Source: a virus (lineage: Duplodnaviria; Caudoviricetes). From it: DNA of 53,395 nt. The translations under genes and the position numbers were made by a program. The stretch is from the IMG/VR virus record IMGVR_UViG_3300029267_003268, positions 1 to 53,395 of that record, one strand, 5' to 3'. Under the pieces are notes generated by a model. It searched no databases, was not told the DNA's origin, and saw nothing but the letters and a program-made list of their open reading frames with translations. Numbering within the stretch: the first letter of the stretch is position 1; every line of letters begins with the position of its first letter. Below, one piece after another: positions 9,750 to 19,834 of the stretch.

Positions 9750-10232
9750 ATGTTGATTGAAAACAGTTTGGGAGAATTTTCCGATGCCCAGCTCGTTAAT
9801 GGCGCGGCTGCCTCTGACGCCTACCTCGATCTCGAAGTGGCCCGCCAGCAAGTCGGCCTGACCGGCGATTTGTGGCTGTGGCTGCGCACGAACGTGGCCG
9901 AGGATTTCGGTGAGAGTGAGACCTTCATTTTCGCCTTCGAGATGGACACCGAGAGTAGTTTCAGTACCCCGACGTGCCTGTTTGCCATTTGCGATAGCGA
10001 CGGCAGCGCCATTGCCACCGCCGATCCGGAATCGACCCCGCTCAAGACGGCGGGCAAGACGATCTGGTGCAGCACGCTTCCGGTCCAGTGCAACCAGCGA
10101 TACATTCGCTGGTACTACACGCACGCCACCGGCACGGCCGTTCTGACCGTCGATTCGCTGCTGCTCAACGGCAAGCCGCCGTTCAATGTCACGGCCGACC
10201 AGAAGTACGTGAGCAACGTCGGTACGCCGTAA
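9750..10232 (+). CDS. Capsid cement/decoration protein (Bbp16-like)
   Basis: EFSDAQLV...YLDL and RYIRWYYT motifs; directly after the major capsid gene. Confidence 0.7.
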   Translation: MLIENSLGEFSDAQLVNGAAASDAYLDLEVARQQVGLTGDLWLWLRTNVAEDFGESETFIFAFEMDTESSFSTPTCLFAICDSDGSAIATADPESTPLKTAGKTIWCSTLPVQCNQRYIRWYYTHATGTAVLTVDSLLLNGKPPFNVTADQKYVSNVGTP

Positions 10233-10259
10233 GGAACGAAGCGAAAGGAGAACACTATC

Positions 10260-13166
10260 ATGAAGAAACGCATCTTCTTTGCGGTACTGCTGGCGATGCT
10301 GTGGGGCGCTCCGCGCGCCCCGGCGGCTATGACCAACAGTGCCAGCAATATTGTCAGTCCTGACTACGTCTCGTTCATCGGCTCGATGAGTACGACGTTG
10401 GACCCGGTCTATCTGTTCGGTAACGAGGTCGAGGGTTTGCTGGAGGGCACCAGTGCCTTCGGCAATCTGCTCGATACGGATTCCTATATCCAGTTTGCCG
10501 AGATGAGCGCTCCGGGCAGTCCGGCGGCCAATCACGGCCGCCTCTACGTCGCCGACGACAGCGGGACTACCACCCTCTACTTCAAGGACTCCAGCGGCAC
10601 CGTGTCGAGTTGCATTTCCGGCTCCGGCACGTTCACCGGCGGTGCAATCAGCAGCGACGTGACCCTGGCGAACGGGGTGGACATCTACAGCTCCACAACC
10701 GCCGCCCATACCAGCAGCATCGGCGTGCGTCGTGATTCTGCCTACGTAGACGCTTTTCGCTGGACGAACCACGACACCACGCCGGCCCTGGTCCTGGGGT
10801 CTGCGACAACCTCGTTAGCCGTCACTTCAACGGGCCTGAACGTTACGACCGCCGGCGCCGTTACGGGCGTAACCGATCTGACGGCGACCGGGACGCAGAC
10901 GATCAACGCCAGCGGCTCGGACGCCACCAATATCGGCACCGGGTCCTATTCCGGTACGGTAACGCTCGGCAACAACTCCGCCAGTGTCGCCGTCGGCTCC
11001 TCGGCCTGGGACATTAGTAGCGACGGGGCCATGAGCGGCTTTTCCAGCCTCGGCCTGTCCGGTGATATTACGATGGCCCACGGCAAAGGCGTTAAATCCT
11101 CGACGACCACCGCTCAGAGCGTGGGCGTCTACGGGTACGACGTCGGCGCCGGCTACGTGGGGGCCCTGGTCGTTACCAATTCCGCTACTCCGGCCACCGT
11201 CTTGGGCAATACCAGTGGCACTACGGCCATTTCGTCCAGCGATTGGACGGTGAGCACCGCCGGCAACGCGGCCGGGCTCGGTACGATCACCTCGGACGGG
11301 CTCTTTACCTGTACCGGCGGCGAGACGATGACGGGAACGGTGTCGATCAACGACAGCGCGACCACGTCCACCACCAGTATCGGGGGCGGTACGACCACGG
11401 GCACCATTACCATCGGTGGCACCGGGACGCAAGCCGTGGACATCGGCAATGGGGCCGGCATCAAAACCGTGGCCCTCGGCAGCAGTACCACGTCGAGTAC
11501 GACCACGATCAAGGGCGGCTCCAACGGCGTCAACGTCAACGTCTCGGCCGACGACCCCACCAATATCAATACGGGCACCTCGACCGGCACGGTGACAATC
11601 GGCGGCACCGGCGCACTGGCCATTGCCATCGGCGACGGCGGGACCGGGGCCAAGACGATTACCCTGGGCGACGGCGCGGGGGCTGGCTCGACGACCATCA
11701 AGGCCGGAACGGGCAACCTCGACCTATCCGCCGTCGATGACGTTTCACTCAACGGCGGCTCCGCCGGCTCTATTATCGCCATCGGCACCAACACCCACGG
11801 CAACGTCCTGAATATCGCTACGGATGACACCGCGCTCGACGACATCAACATTGGTAGCGCCAAGGACACTCCCACGATTCTCGGCTCGGCCATTGTTATC
11901 ACGGCCGGGACGGACAATCTGGCCATGAGTGCGACCGATGACGTGAGCTTGAACGGCGGGTCCGCCGGTTCAATCCTGAACCTGATGACCAATACCCACG
12001 GCAACGTCCTGAATATCGCTACGGACGACACCGCGCTGGATGACATCAACATCGGCAGTGCTAAGGATACGCCGACGATTCTCGGTGCGACCATCGTCGT
12101 GACCGCCGGGGACGGCGATCTTACAATGAGTTCGAACGACGACGTCACGCTCAACGGGGGTAGCGCCGGCTCGATTATCAATATCGGGACGAACACCCAC
12201 GGCAACGCGATCAACGTCGGCACCAACAACACGACCGCCGATACCATTGCCGTCGGCAGTGCCAAGGACACCGTTACCGTCGATGGTATCTCCACCACTA
12301 TTGGTTCGACGGGCACGACCTCGGCGACCATCATCCAGTCGGGCACGTCCGACCTCGACATCAACGCCGGGGCCGCCCTGGACATCGACGCGGCGACAAC
12401 TCTCGATATCCTGGCCGGGGGCGCCTTCTCCATCGACGGCTCCAACGCCGCCAGTAACATCTCCCTGGCGACGAACGGCGACAGCGACGACTTCACCATC
12501 GGTCTGACCGGCGCCACCAATTCCAGCATCCTACTCAACAGCACGGGTACGGGCACCGATGCGATTGGGCTGACGGCCGGGGCTGGGGGCATTACCGCGA
12601 GCGCTGCGACCGGGGCCGTCGCCCTGTCCGGTCTCACCGGCAATACCATCACGGCTACCGCCGTCGCCGACGGCGCCAAGGGCACGACGCTGTCCGGCTC
12701 CATCGCCGGGGCGACCGCCTCCGAAGGCGTCGGGGCGTACGTCGAGGGCAATATCACCGGCAATACGGACGGGAAGGTCTATGCCTTCGGTTCCTGGCTC
12801 AACGTCACTGCCGGTACGCCGACCGACGGGAGCGACGCCATCCTCGCCGGAGCGGACGTCGGTATCTACGCCGCCGCCGCGCCGGAACTGGTGAACTGCA
12901 AGCTGCGCGTCTTGAACCTGGAGTATCAGGTCCACGCGGACGCCGGGCCGATCGACGACACCACGTCGATGATCCACTTCAACGCCGATTCCGGCGGGGA
13001 CGTGCCCGACTACCTGTTCACGTTCGGCAATGCGGACGCCGCTGTATACACGGCCAATACGACGCATACAGCGGCCAATACCGATAAGATCGGCGCCATC
13101 AAGATCAGCATTACTGGCACCGCCGAGAACGCTTACCTCTACGTTTATAGCCATGCCGGACAGTAA
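10260..13166 (+). CDS. Large Gly/Thr/Ser-rich beta-repeat fibre/adhesin-like protein with signal peptide
   Basis: MKKRIFFAVLLAMLWGAPRAPAA; ~67-aa internal repeats (NTHGN). Confidence 0.7.
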   Translation: MKKRIFFAVLLAMLWGAPRAPAAMTNSASNIVSPDYVSFIGSMSTTLDPVYLFGNEVEGLLEGTSAFGNLLDTDSYIQFAEMSAPGSPAANHGRLYVADDSGTTTLYFKDSSGTVSSCISGSGTFTGGAISSDVTLANGVDIYSSTTAAHTSSIGVRRDSAYVDAFRWTNHDTTPALVLGSATTSLAVTSTGLNVTTAGAVTGVTDLTATGTQTINASGSDATNIGTGSYSGTVTLGNNSASVAVGSSAWDISSDGAMSGFSSLGLSGDITMAHGKGVKSSTTTAQSVGVYGYDVGAGYVGALVVTNSATPATVLGNTSGTTAISSSDWTVSTAGNAAGLGTITSDGLFTCTGGETMTGTVSINDSATTSTTSIGGGTTTGTITIGGTGTQAVDIGNGAGIKTVALGSSTTSSTTTIKGGSNGVNVNVSADDPTNINTGTSTGTVTIGGTGALAIAIGDGGTGAKTITLGDGAGAGSTTIKAGTGNLDLSAVDDVSLNGGSAGSIIAIGTNTHGNVLNIATDDTALDDINIGSAKDTPTILGSAIVITAGTDNLAMSATDDVSLNGGSAGSILNLMTNTHGNVLNIATDDTALDDINIGSAKDTPTILGATIVVTAGDGDLTMSSNDDVTLNGGSAGSIINIGTNTHGNAINVGTNNTTADTIAVGSAKDTVTVDGISTTIGSTGTTSATIIQSGTSDLDINAGAALDIDAATTLDILAGGAFSIDGSNAASNISLATNGDSDDFTIGLTGATNSSILLNSTGTGTDAIGLTAGAGGITASAATGAVALSGLTGNTITATAVADGAKGTTLSGSIAGATASEGVGAYVEGNITGNTDGKVYAFGSWLNVTAGTPTDGSDAILAGADVGIYAAAAPELVNCKLRVLNLEYQVHADAGPIDDTTSMIHFNADSGGDVPDYLFTFGNADAAVYTANTTHTAANTDKIGAIKISITGTAENAYLYVYSHAGQ

Positions 13167-13178
13167 GGAGCTTGTGTA

Positions 13179-13442
13179 ATGCGAAAGATTGCTACGTTGA
13201 TAGGGGTCATCTTCTTGTCGGGCTGCACGATGACGCTGCACTCCAATGACCCCATGCAAGAGGCCCTGCGCGCTACGAAGGCGCGCATCAGTCAGATGAA
13301 GGTGATTAAGACCGAAGAGCAACTGACACACGACATCCTCCAACTGCGCCGAGACAATGCCCGGCTCAAGCTGGAGATGCAGGCCCCTCCGGTCATCGAA
13401 GGGCAGTTCATCCCGACGGAAGAGCTGCCGGAACAGAAATAG
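13179..13442 (+). CDS. Putative lipoprotein with coiled coil
   Basis: Lipobox LSGC after hydrophobic stretch. Confidence 0.6.
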   Translation: MRKIATLIGVIFLSGCTMTLHSNDPMQEALRATKARISQMKVIKTEEQLTHDILQLRRDNARLKLEMQAPPVIEGQFIPTEELPEQK

Positions 13443-13518
13443 GTTGTTTTTCCGGTGCAGTCCGGGCGGGTCATCCTGTCTCCGCCCGTCTCGGACTGCG
13501 CCCTTTAGGATTGGACTC

Positions 13519-13884
13519 ATGCTGACAGAACACAAACTAACGCTGACGACCAACAGCGGCGGAATCGCCACAGGGTACTTCCCTTCCGTCTCCGGCTATA
13601 TCGTGCGGATGCGCTACGTCAAAGTGGACTTCGCCGACGGTGTGGATTTCACTATCACTTTGAATACTGCCGGGGAAACCGTCTGGACGCAACTCACCCA
13701 GAACGCCTCTGCCATAAAGTATCCGCGTATCGGTCTTCACAGTAACGCCGGCGTGGCCCTGCTCTTTGAGGGCGCCAACACGCAAACCGACCGTATCCCC
13801 TTGCACAACGATAAGGTCAAGGTGGCCGTGGCCGAGGGCGGAAGCGGTAAGAGTGGAGACTTCTACCTGCTCGTAGAGGAGTAA
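13519..13884 (+). CDS. Hypothetical virion protein
   Basis: AGGA RBS, beta-rich, in structural operon. Confidence 0.6.
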   Translation: MLTEHKLTLTTNSGGIATGYFPSVSGYIVRMRYVKVDFADGVDFTITLNTAGETVWTQLTQNASAIKYPRIGLHSNAGVALLFEGANTQTDRIPLHNDKVKVAVAEGGSGKSGDFYLLVEE

Positions 13885-13888
13885 TCTG

Positions 13889-14911
13889 ATGCAGTGCGTG
13901 ATTCCGGATCAAGCCAATACGGTCTACGCCACCGTTATCGCGCGGGCCGACCACAGTCCCATTACCACCGGGGATGTGTACTTCTACCTGCGCTGCACCG
14001 CCGGGGACCAGGCGGGCAAATACTGGATCGCCTCGACATCGGCCTGGAGTTCGACCAAGGGCTCGGCGGGGACCGCTACGCACGTTGACGACGGTCTGTA
14101 CTCGCTGTCCATCGCCGCCGGGGCCTGGCCCGATTACGAGAGCGAATGGCGCTTGAGCTGGGAGGAGAGCGGCGACCTGCACAAGCCCGAATCCGACCAG
14201 GTCATCCCACGCGCTTCGGGCGTGCTGTCGCTGGTAAGCTACGGGGCGTACGAGACGGAGATTGCCAATATGGCCCTGGCCATGCTGGGCGGGGCGACGG
14301 ACGCGTCGCAATCGGCGATTTCCGATATCAGCGATGGGGGCAACCCGACGGCCGTTTGGTGCGAGAGGCTCTTTCGCACCGCGACGGAACATGCCTTACT
14401 GGACCTGCGCCCGCCGGAAGCGGTCAAGTACGACGAGATTACCGCACTGTCATCCTACGACGATTTCCCCGGCAACGAGGACGCCGAACTGTACGTCTAC
14501 AACATTCCTTCCGATTGCGTGGCGATCATTGCGGTCGTGGACCGCGATCTGCGGACCTCGGACAACGGAATTGATCCGGAAGAAACGGAATACTGGTACA
14601 ACGAGGCGGGCGACCAGTTCGTTACCGATCAGGAGGCTGCCGACGTCTACCTCAAGTACGTGCGGCGGATCGGCGACGCCAGCAAGTTCTCCCACGGCCT
14701 CAAGCTGGTGATTGCCGGCTACTTGGCGTTCCTATTGGCCGGGGCGATGGGCAAAACGAAGTTCCGGTTAGAGCTATTGAAGCTCTACGATTTCCAACTG
14801 GGCCAGGCCCGCCGGTATACGGGTCAGCGGAAACGCAAACGGATCACCCCGCAACCGTGGATCGATATTGCCGCGTCCGGCGACGCGAAGCCTACAGTGG
14901 AGCTACCGTAA
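13889..14911 (+). CDS. Tail adaptor / tubular protein A (T7 gp11-like) with N-terminal extra domain
   Basis: TEIANMALAMLG, YNIPSDC, LKYVRRI..F motifs begin about residue 120. Confidence 0.75.
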   Translation: MQCVIPDQANTVYATVIARADHSPITTGDVYFYLRCTAGDQAGKYWIASTSAWSSTKGSAGTATHVDDGLYSLSIAAGAWPDYESEWRLSWEESGDLHKPESDQVIPRASGVLSLVSYGAYETEIANMALAMLGGATDASQSAISDISDGGNPTAVWCERLFRTATEHALLDLRPPEAVKYDEITALSSYDDFPGNEDAELYVYNIPSDCVAIIAVVDRDLRTSDNGIDPEETEYWYNEAGDQFVTDQEAADVYLKYVRRIGDASKFSHGLKLVIAGYLAFLLAGAMGKTKFRLELLKLYDFQLGQARRYTGQRKRKRITPQPWIDIAASGDAKPTVELP

Positions 14912-15117
14912 TGGCCTTTTTGAGTTTGGTGCAGAGTTTGATGAGGGGCAGTATCCAGTCCCCGGAGATGCCCGGTTACGGGTCCGCCGAGATTCTCGCC
15001 GCCCAGGAACGACGCAAGCGGCGCATGGGCCGGCAGACGACGCGGAGCAGTCTCAATATTACCGGCGGCCTGTTCGGTCCGGCGTCGGTGGGCAACGGAA
15101 AGATGCTGGGACTATGA
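14911..15117 (+). CDS. Small basic virion-module protein
   Basis: TAATG coupling; RRKRRMGRQTT...GKMLG resembles small podoviral proteins. Confidence 0.55.
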   Translation: MAFLSLVQSLMRGSIQSPEMPGYGSAEILAAQERRKRRMGRQTTRSSLNITGGLFGPASVGNGKMLGL

Positions 15118-17816
15118 AAACAATCGTTATCATTCTCTGCCTGGCCGCGACGGCGGCGGGCAGTACCTTGAGCGTGCCGCACACGGGCTTTGTCGGCGGG
15201 GAACTGTCCCCGTTGCTGCACGGACGCTTCGATCTGCCGCAGTATCGCACCGGCTGTCAGACGTTGGAGAATATGTTGGTGGTCGGGACCGGCGCGGCGA
15301 CGCGGCGGCCGGGCAGTGTCTACGTTGCCGGCGCGCGGGGTACGGCGGCGGCGCGCCTGATGCCCTTCATTTACTCGGAGACGGACGCCTATATCCTCGA
15401 GTTCACCAATCTGAAACTGCGCTTCTATCGCAGCGGCGCCCAGATTGTGAGCGGGGACAGCGCCTATGAGATTGCCACCGTATTCACAACCGCCGATCTG
15501 TTCGAGATCCAGGCGTACCAGTTCGCCGACGTCATGTACCTGGTACAGGAGGATCACCCGCCGCAGAAGCTCACACGTGCCGGGCATTCATCCTGGACCA
15601 TTGCCGACGTGGACTTTACCGACGGGCCGTTCTTAGACGAGGACGAAACGGGCACGACGATGACCGCCAGTAACATTAGCGGCTCTATCACCATTACCGC
15701 CAGCGCCGATACGTTCGCAGCGACCGACGTCGGCCGCTTGATCGCCCTCCAGGTGCTTATGGACTCGCGTCTCACCGGCTGGGGCAATGTGAGAGAATGG
15801 CGGGAGGAAGTAGCCTGGCCGTACAGCGAATTGACGACGTGGAAGGCGTACCGCGAAACGGCCGTCTTCGACGAGAGCGGAGATGTCAGTAAGCCGATCA
15901 TGTTGGGGGAAGGCCAGGGGTTCGCCGTTACCGCCCAGTCCACGACGTTCAAAGGGCAAGTCACCTTGCAGGTCTTACTGGACTTCGATAGCGACGATTA
16001 CACCTCACCCTATACGTGGGCCGCCGGCGAGATCGAATCGGATTATACGACGGAAACGACAACGGCAACGTCCTGGAACCTCGAATACAGCGACGTCGCA
16101 AGCTGGGGCGAAAACGTACTGATCCGTCTGGCCTGTACCGACTACACGTCCGGCACTTTGAGAGTGACGATGGAGCGGCAGGAGGCGTCGTATCCGGGCA
16201 TGGCCGAGATTACCGCCTATACGAGCGCCAAGGTAGTCTCGGCAACGGTCAAGGACGAACTGCCCGCGACGGATTACGACTCCAATTGGAAGTGTATCAC
16301 GAAATACTGGCGACTGGGGGCCTGGGGCAGTGCGGTAGGCTATCCGACGTCGGTCACAATGCACTCCGGACGCATGGTCTACGCCAAGGATCTCGATCTG
16401 TACTTCACCTCTGTCGAGAACCTGGAGAGCTTCCGGCCGGGTATGGAGGACGACGACGCCTTCTGGTACACAATGAGCGAGTCCCGCCAGGACTACATCC
16501 AATGGCTGCTCGGCGACCATCGCAATACGCTACTGGCGGGGACCTTGAGCAAGGTCTACGAGATCGGGCAGGCGTACCAGCCGACGGCCCCGCCGGTCGT
16601 GCAATCGGCCTACGCGCAGAGCTGCATGGCCCATGTGCCGGTGCAGGCGTCCAATATGTTCCTCGGCCTGGACCGGACGGGTACGCACGTCTTCGAGTGC
16701 TTCTACAACGATACCCAACGCGCCTATATCGGGGCCGATCTGACGCAGTTGGCCGAGCACGTTCTGGAAGACGGCGTCGTGCAAATGGCCTTTCAGGAGA
16801 CGCCCTATCCGACCCTTTGGTGCGTGTGCGGTAACGGCGAACTGGCGACCATGTACTACCGGCCGGAGTACGAGATTGTCGCCTGGTCTCGGCAAGTGAC
16901 CGACGGCGACTATACCTCGGTAGCCGTTATCCCCCAGGCCAGCGGGCCCGACCAGGTCTGGACGGTGGTCAATCGCGAGATCGACGGCACCGATACGTAC
17001 ATGGTCGAATACTTCGACGATCTGGATCTGGACGCCGACATTTCCGACTGTTACTACGTGGACTCCGGTACGACCTTCGACGGCGGGGCGGCGGTCGATA
17101 TCAGTGGGATTACCCAGGCCGACCCCGGCGTAGTGACCGTATCGTCCTGGCCTTCCGGCCTGAACGACGGGGACAACGTCTACATTACGTCCGTCTCGGG
17201 CATGACGGAGATCAACAATCGTATCTTCACTGTGGACGATGCGACGGAAGGGTCCAAGACCTTCAGTCTCGACAGTACGGGCGATGCCGATTGGGATACC
17301 AGCGGCTACACCGCCTACACGTCGGGCGGGACCGTACAGATCGTAGAGAACACGTTCAGCCTGTCGCACCTGGAGGGCGAATCCGTCACTGTCTATACCA
17401 ACGACGGCGTAATGAGTGACGAGCTGGTCGCGAGTGGCTCGGTAACGGCCGATGACTACGCCAACCAGACGGCCGTCGGCTTGCCCTTTACCTCCATCCT
17501 GGCCCCGGAGCCCTCGGACCTCACGTTCTATACCGGCACGACGATGAGTCGGTCCAAGAAGATTACCGGCCTGTACCTGAACGTGTATTGCTCGATGGGC
17601 GGGTCGTTCGGCGTCAATAGTGACAATCTCTACGAAATCGACTGGTCCAACACCCGTTCGGGCCTGGCCTGGACCAGCGGGACGGAACTTGTTACCGATT
17701 CGGTCGTTTTGCCCCCGTTCGGCGGCTGGCGGCGCGAGGCGGAATATCGCCTGGTGGTGGATGAGCCGTGGCCCTTTACCGTGCGCGTGCTCGCACCCAT
17801 ATACGAGGTGGAATGA
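15114..17816 (+). CDS. Tail nozzle / tubular protein B (T7 gp12-like) with signal-peptide-like N-terminus
   Basis: FVGGELSPLLHGRFDL, GAATRRPGS, RLMPF, QFADVMY, GYPTSV, AWSRQ; inserted domain ITQADPGVVT...GMTEINN. Confidence 0.88.
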   Translation: MKTIVIILCLAATAAGSTLSVPHTGFVGGELSPLLHGRFDLPQYRTGCQTLENMLVVGTGAATRRPGSVYVAGARGTAAARLMPFIYSETDAYILEFTNLKLRFYRSGAQIVSGDSAYEIATVFTTADLFEIQAYQFADVMYLVQEDHPPQKLTRAGHSSWTIADVDFTDGPFLDEDETGTTMTASNISGSITITASADTFAATDVGRLIALQVLMDSRLTGWGNVREWREEVAWPYSELTTWKAYRETAVFDESGDVSKPIMLGEGQGFAVTAQSTTFKGQVTLQVLLDFDSDDYTSPYTWAAGEIESDYTTETTTATSWNLEYSDVASWGENVLIRLACTDYTSGTLRVTMERQEASYPGMAEITAYTSAKVVSATVKDELPATDYDSNWKCITKYWRLGAWGSAVGYPTSVTMHSGRMVYAKDLDLYFTSVENLESFRPGMEDDDAFWYTMSESRQDYIQWLLGDHRNTLLAGTLSKVYEIGQAYQPTAPPVVQSAYAQSCMAHVPVQASNMFLGLDRTGTHVFECFYNDTQRAYIGADLTQLAEHVLEDGVVQMAFQETPYPTLWCVCGNGELATMYYRPEYEIVAWSRQVTDGDYTSVAVIPQASGPDQVWTVVNREIDGTDTYMVEYFDDLDLDADISDCYYVDSGTTFDGGAAVDISGITQADPGVVTVSSWPSGLNDGDNVYITSVSGMTEINNRIFTVDDATEGSKTFSLDSTGDADWDTSGYTAYTSGGTVQIVENTFSLSHLEGESVTVYTNDGVMSDELVASGSVTADDYANQTAVGLPFTSILAPEPSDLTFYTGTTMSRSKKITGLYLNVYCSMGGSFGVNSDNLYEIDWSNTRSGLAWTSGTELVTDSVVLPPFGGWRREAEYRLVVDEPWPFTVRVLAPIYEVE

Positions 17817-18278
17817 ATGAATCCAGCAATGATAGCAATGTTGATGCAGGTCGGCGGCAAGGGACTCGAAGGGTACGCCGCCAAGCGCTCGCATGACGCC
17901 GCCGCGTCCGATGCCAAGGCGCACGCGGCATCGTACTGGGCTCGGGCCAGGGAGACGGCCCAACGGGCGGCCTACGAATCGTGGCGCACCTCGCTCGGGA
18001 TCAACCGTGCGATGGGCTCGATCACGAACGAACTGGCACGCAGCGGCGTGGAGATGCGCGGCAGCGCTACCGATTTGCTTCGTACCAGCCTGCGGGAAAT
18101 GACGCTGGACAAACTTATGACCTGGCGGGATCGCAAGACGCAGGTCAACGCAGACCGTATCCGTGCCTATTACGCCAAGAAGCAAGCGAAGAGCGCTAAG
18201 AAGCAGGGCAGATTGGCGATGGTGGCTGGCGGTATCAGCGCCGGTCACAGTATCGCAAGTTCAGACGTATTCGAGTAG
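17817..18278 (+). CDS. Internal virion (ejection) protein, small
   Basis: Ala-rich, ARSGVEMRGSA motif, position after nozzle. Confidence 0.65.
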   Translation: MNPAMIAMLMQVGGKGLEGYAAKRSHDAAASDAKAHAASYWARARETAQRAAYESWRTSLGINRAMGSITNELARSGVEMRGSATDLLRTSLREMTLDKLMTWRDRKTQVNADRIRAYYAKKQAKSAKKQGRLAMVAGGISAGHSIASSDVFE

Positions 18279-18283
18279 AGCCG

Positions 18284-19831
18284 ATGCCGATTTACATACC
18301 ATATTCCAAGAGAGTGCCTCAAGGCAGTCAAGCCGTGCCGCCGCCGTCGGGTTCAGGTCGAGTGTGGCGCGGCGTGGCCGATATGGGGGCCGCGATTGCG
18401 GCGCTGGGGGCCGACTGGCAGAAACGGCTCGAGCGGGAGAAGGACGAGCGCGACGGCCAGAAGCTCAGTGATACCAAGGTTGCGACCCATGTTGCAATGG
18501 CGACATGGATGCGTGATCGCCTGAACGACCCGGAACTCACGAACGAGGATTTTGAGTGGGGCGCCGGGCAGTATGGAATCGCCCACGACCAGACGGTCCA
18601 GAAGGCAATGGAACAGTTGCCGGAATCGGTACGGGACGAATTCATGTCGTACAGCGATCAGATGCGCGAGAAAAATCTCTATGCCTATACCACCAATTTG
18701 CAGGCCGTCGAGCGTGGTTATCGCCAGGACCAGTCTCGTCAGCAGATTCTCTCCCTGTGTCATACGCACGATGAGGAGGGCCTCAAGGAGGCGATTGCAC
18801 ATAACTTGAAGTGGTGGCCGAAAGACGAGCAGGCCGAGTTCCTGGATTGGGCCAAGTCCGAGTTCCTTTACAAGTTGGCGGAGAAGGACCCGGATATGGC
18901 ACTCGCCTCCCTAACGCCCGATATGTTCTCAACGGCGGGCCTGGCCGATAGGGTGCGCAAGGTGATTGCCGACGCCGAAGACGCGCAGGAGAAAGAGGCC
19001 GAGCGGGAGAGAAAGCAAGCGGTCCTCGATGCGGGCCGGCAAGCCTATGCCGATATGGTTACGTACCGCACGAGCGGGGGCGAGCAGGGACAGATGCACT
19101 CCATCGTTGATTTGGCGCAACTCTACGCCGCCGGCGGCATTGGCAAGGAGGCCTACGATGCCTGTATGTCGGTCTGGGAAGATAAGGCCAAACCCGGTAT
19201 CAGTAAACGCCGGCAAGCCTACGACCGAATCAGTACCGCCCTGGACCACTACCGGCGCGGCGATATCTCCGAGGACGAGTACGAGAAAATCCGCCTGCGC
19301 GAGAGCCCGTACCTCGATGATACCGACGCCAAATACTTCATTCGCCAGCGGGGGGACGTTTACGATAAGGCCGTTGCCGACCTGCGGCGTACGGCCATTG
19401 CCGACGCGACCAAAATCTTGGCGCAAGCCCCGCCAGACAATACCTACGAACCGTTCCCCGTGGAGCAGCAGATTGCCATGCGCGGCGAAGTGGGACGGCG
19501 TATGGACGTCTGGGTCGAGCGAAACTTCACCAAGGACAAGCCTATCGACCGGGCGGCGTACGAGCGGGAAGTCCGGGCCACTATCCTGGAAGTGCGCGAG
19601 ACGTGGGACGCGGAGCCCGAAGAGGAGGCCCCGGCGGAGCCGAAAACAGATGCGGAAACGATACCCACCGGGTTCGAGAAGATCTGGCCCCGACTCAGCG
19701 ACAAACAGAAACAGACGGTGCGCCGTTACAGCGACGCCGAGCGAAAGGCGTTCTTGGAAGAACTCAATAAGAAGCCTGTGCCGTTAGGCATGGATATGAA
19801 CGAGGTACCGACGACGAGCTTCATGCGATAG
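18284..19831 (+). CDS. Internal virion (ejection) protein
   Basis: MPIYIPY start, helical, synteny. Confidence 0.6.
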   Translation: MPIYIPYSKRVPQGSQAVPPPSGSGRVWRGVADMGAAIAALGADWQKRLEREKDERDGQKLSDTKVATHVAMATWMRDRLNDPELTNEDFEWGAGQYGIAHDQTVQKAMEQLPESVRDEFMSYSDQMREKNLYAYTTNLQAVERGYRQDQSRQQILSLCHTHDEEGLKEAIAHNLKWWPKDEQAEFLDWAKSEFLYKLAEKDPDMALASLTPDMFSTAGLADRVRKVIADAEDAQEKEAERERKQAVLDAGRQAYADMVTYRTSGGEQGQMHSIVDLAQLYAAGGIGKEAYDACMSVWEDKAKPGISKRRQAYDRISTALDHYRRGDISEDEYEKIRLRESPYLDDTDAKYFIRQRGDVYDKAVADLRRTAIADATKILAQAPPDNTYEPFPVEQQIAMRGEVGRRMDVWVERNFTKDKPIDRAAYEREVRATILEVRETWDAEPEEEAPAEPKTDAETIPTGFEKIWPRLSDKQKQTVRRYSDAERKAFLEELNKKPVPLGMDMNEVPTTSFMR

Positions 19832-19834
19832 GAC

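Noticed and set aside
11730-12270. DGR template/variable repeat pair (suggested by the BPP-1-like architecture)
   Set aside because: No reverse transcriptase gene seen; the repeats are in-frame protein repeats whose differences are not adenine-specific
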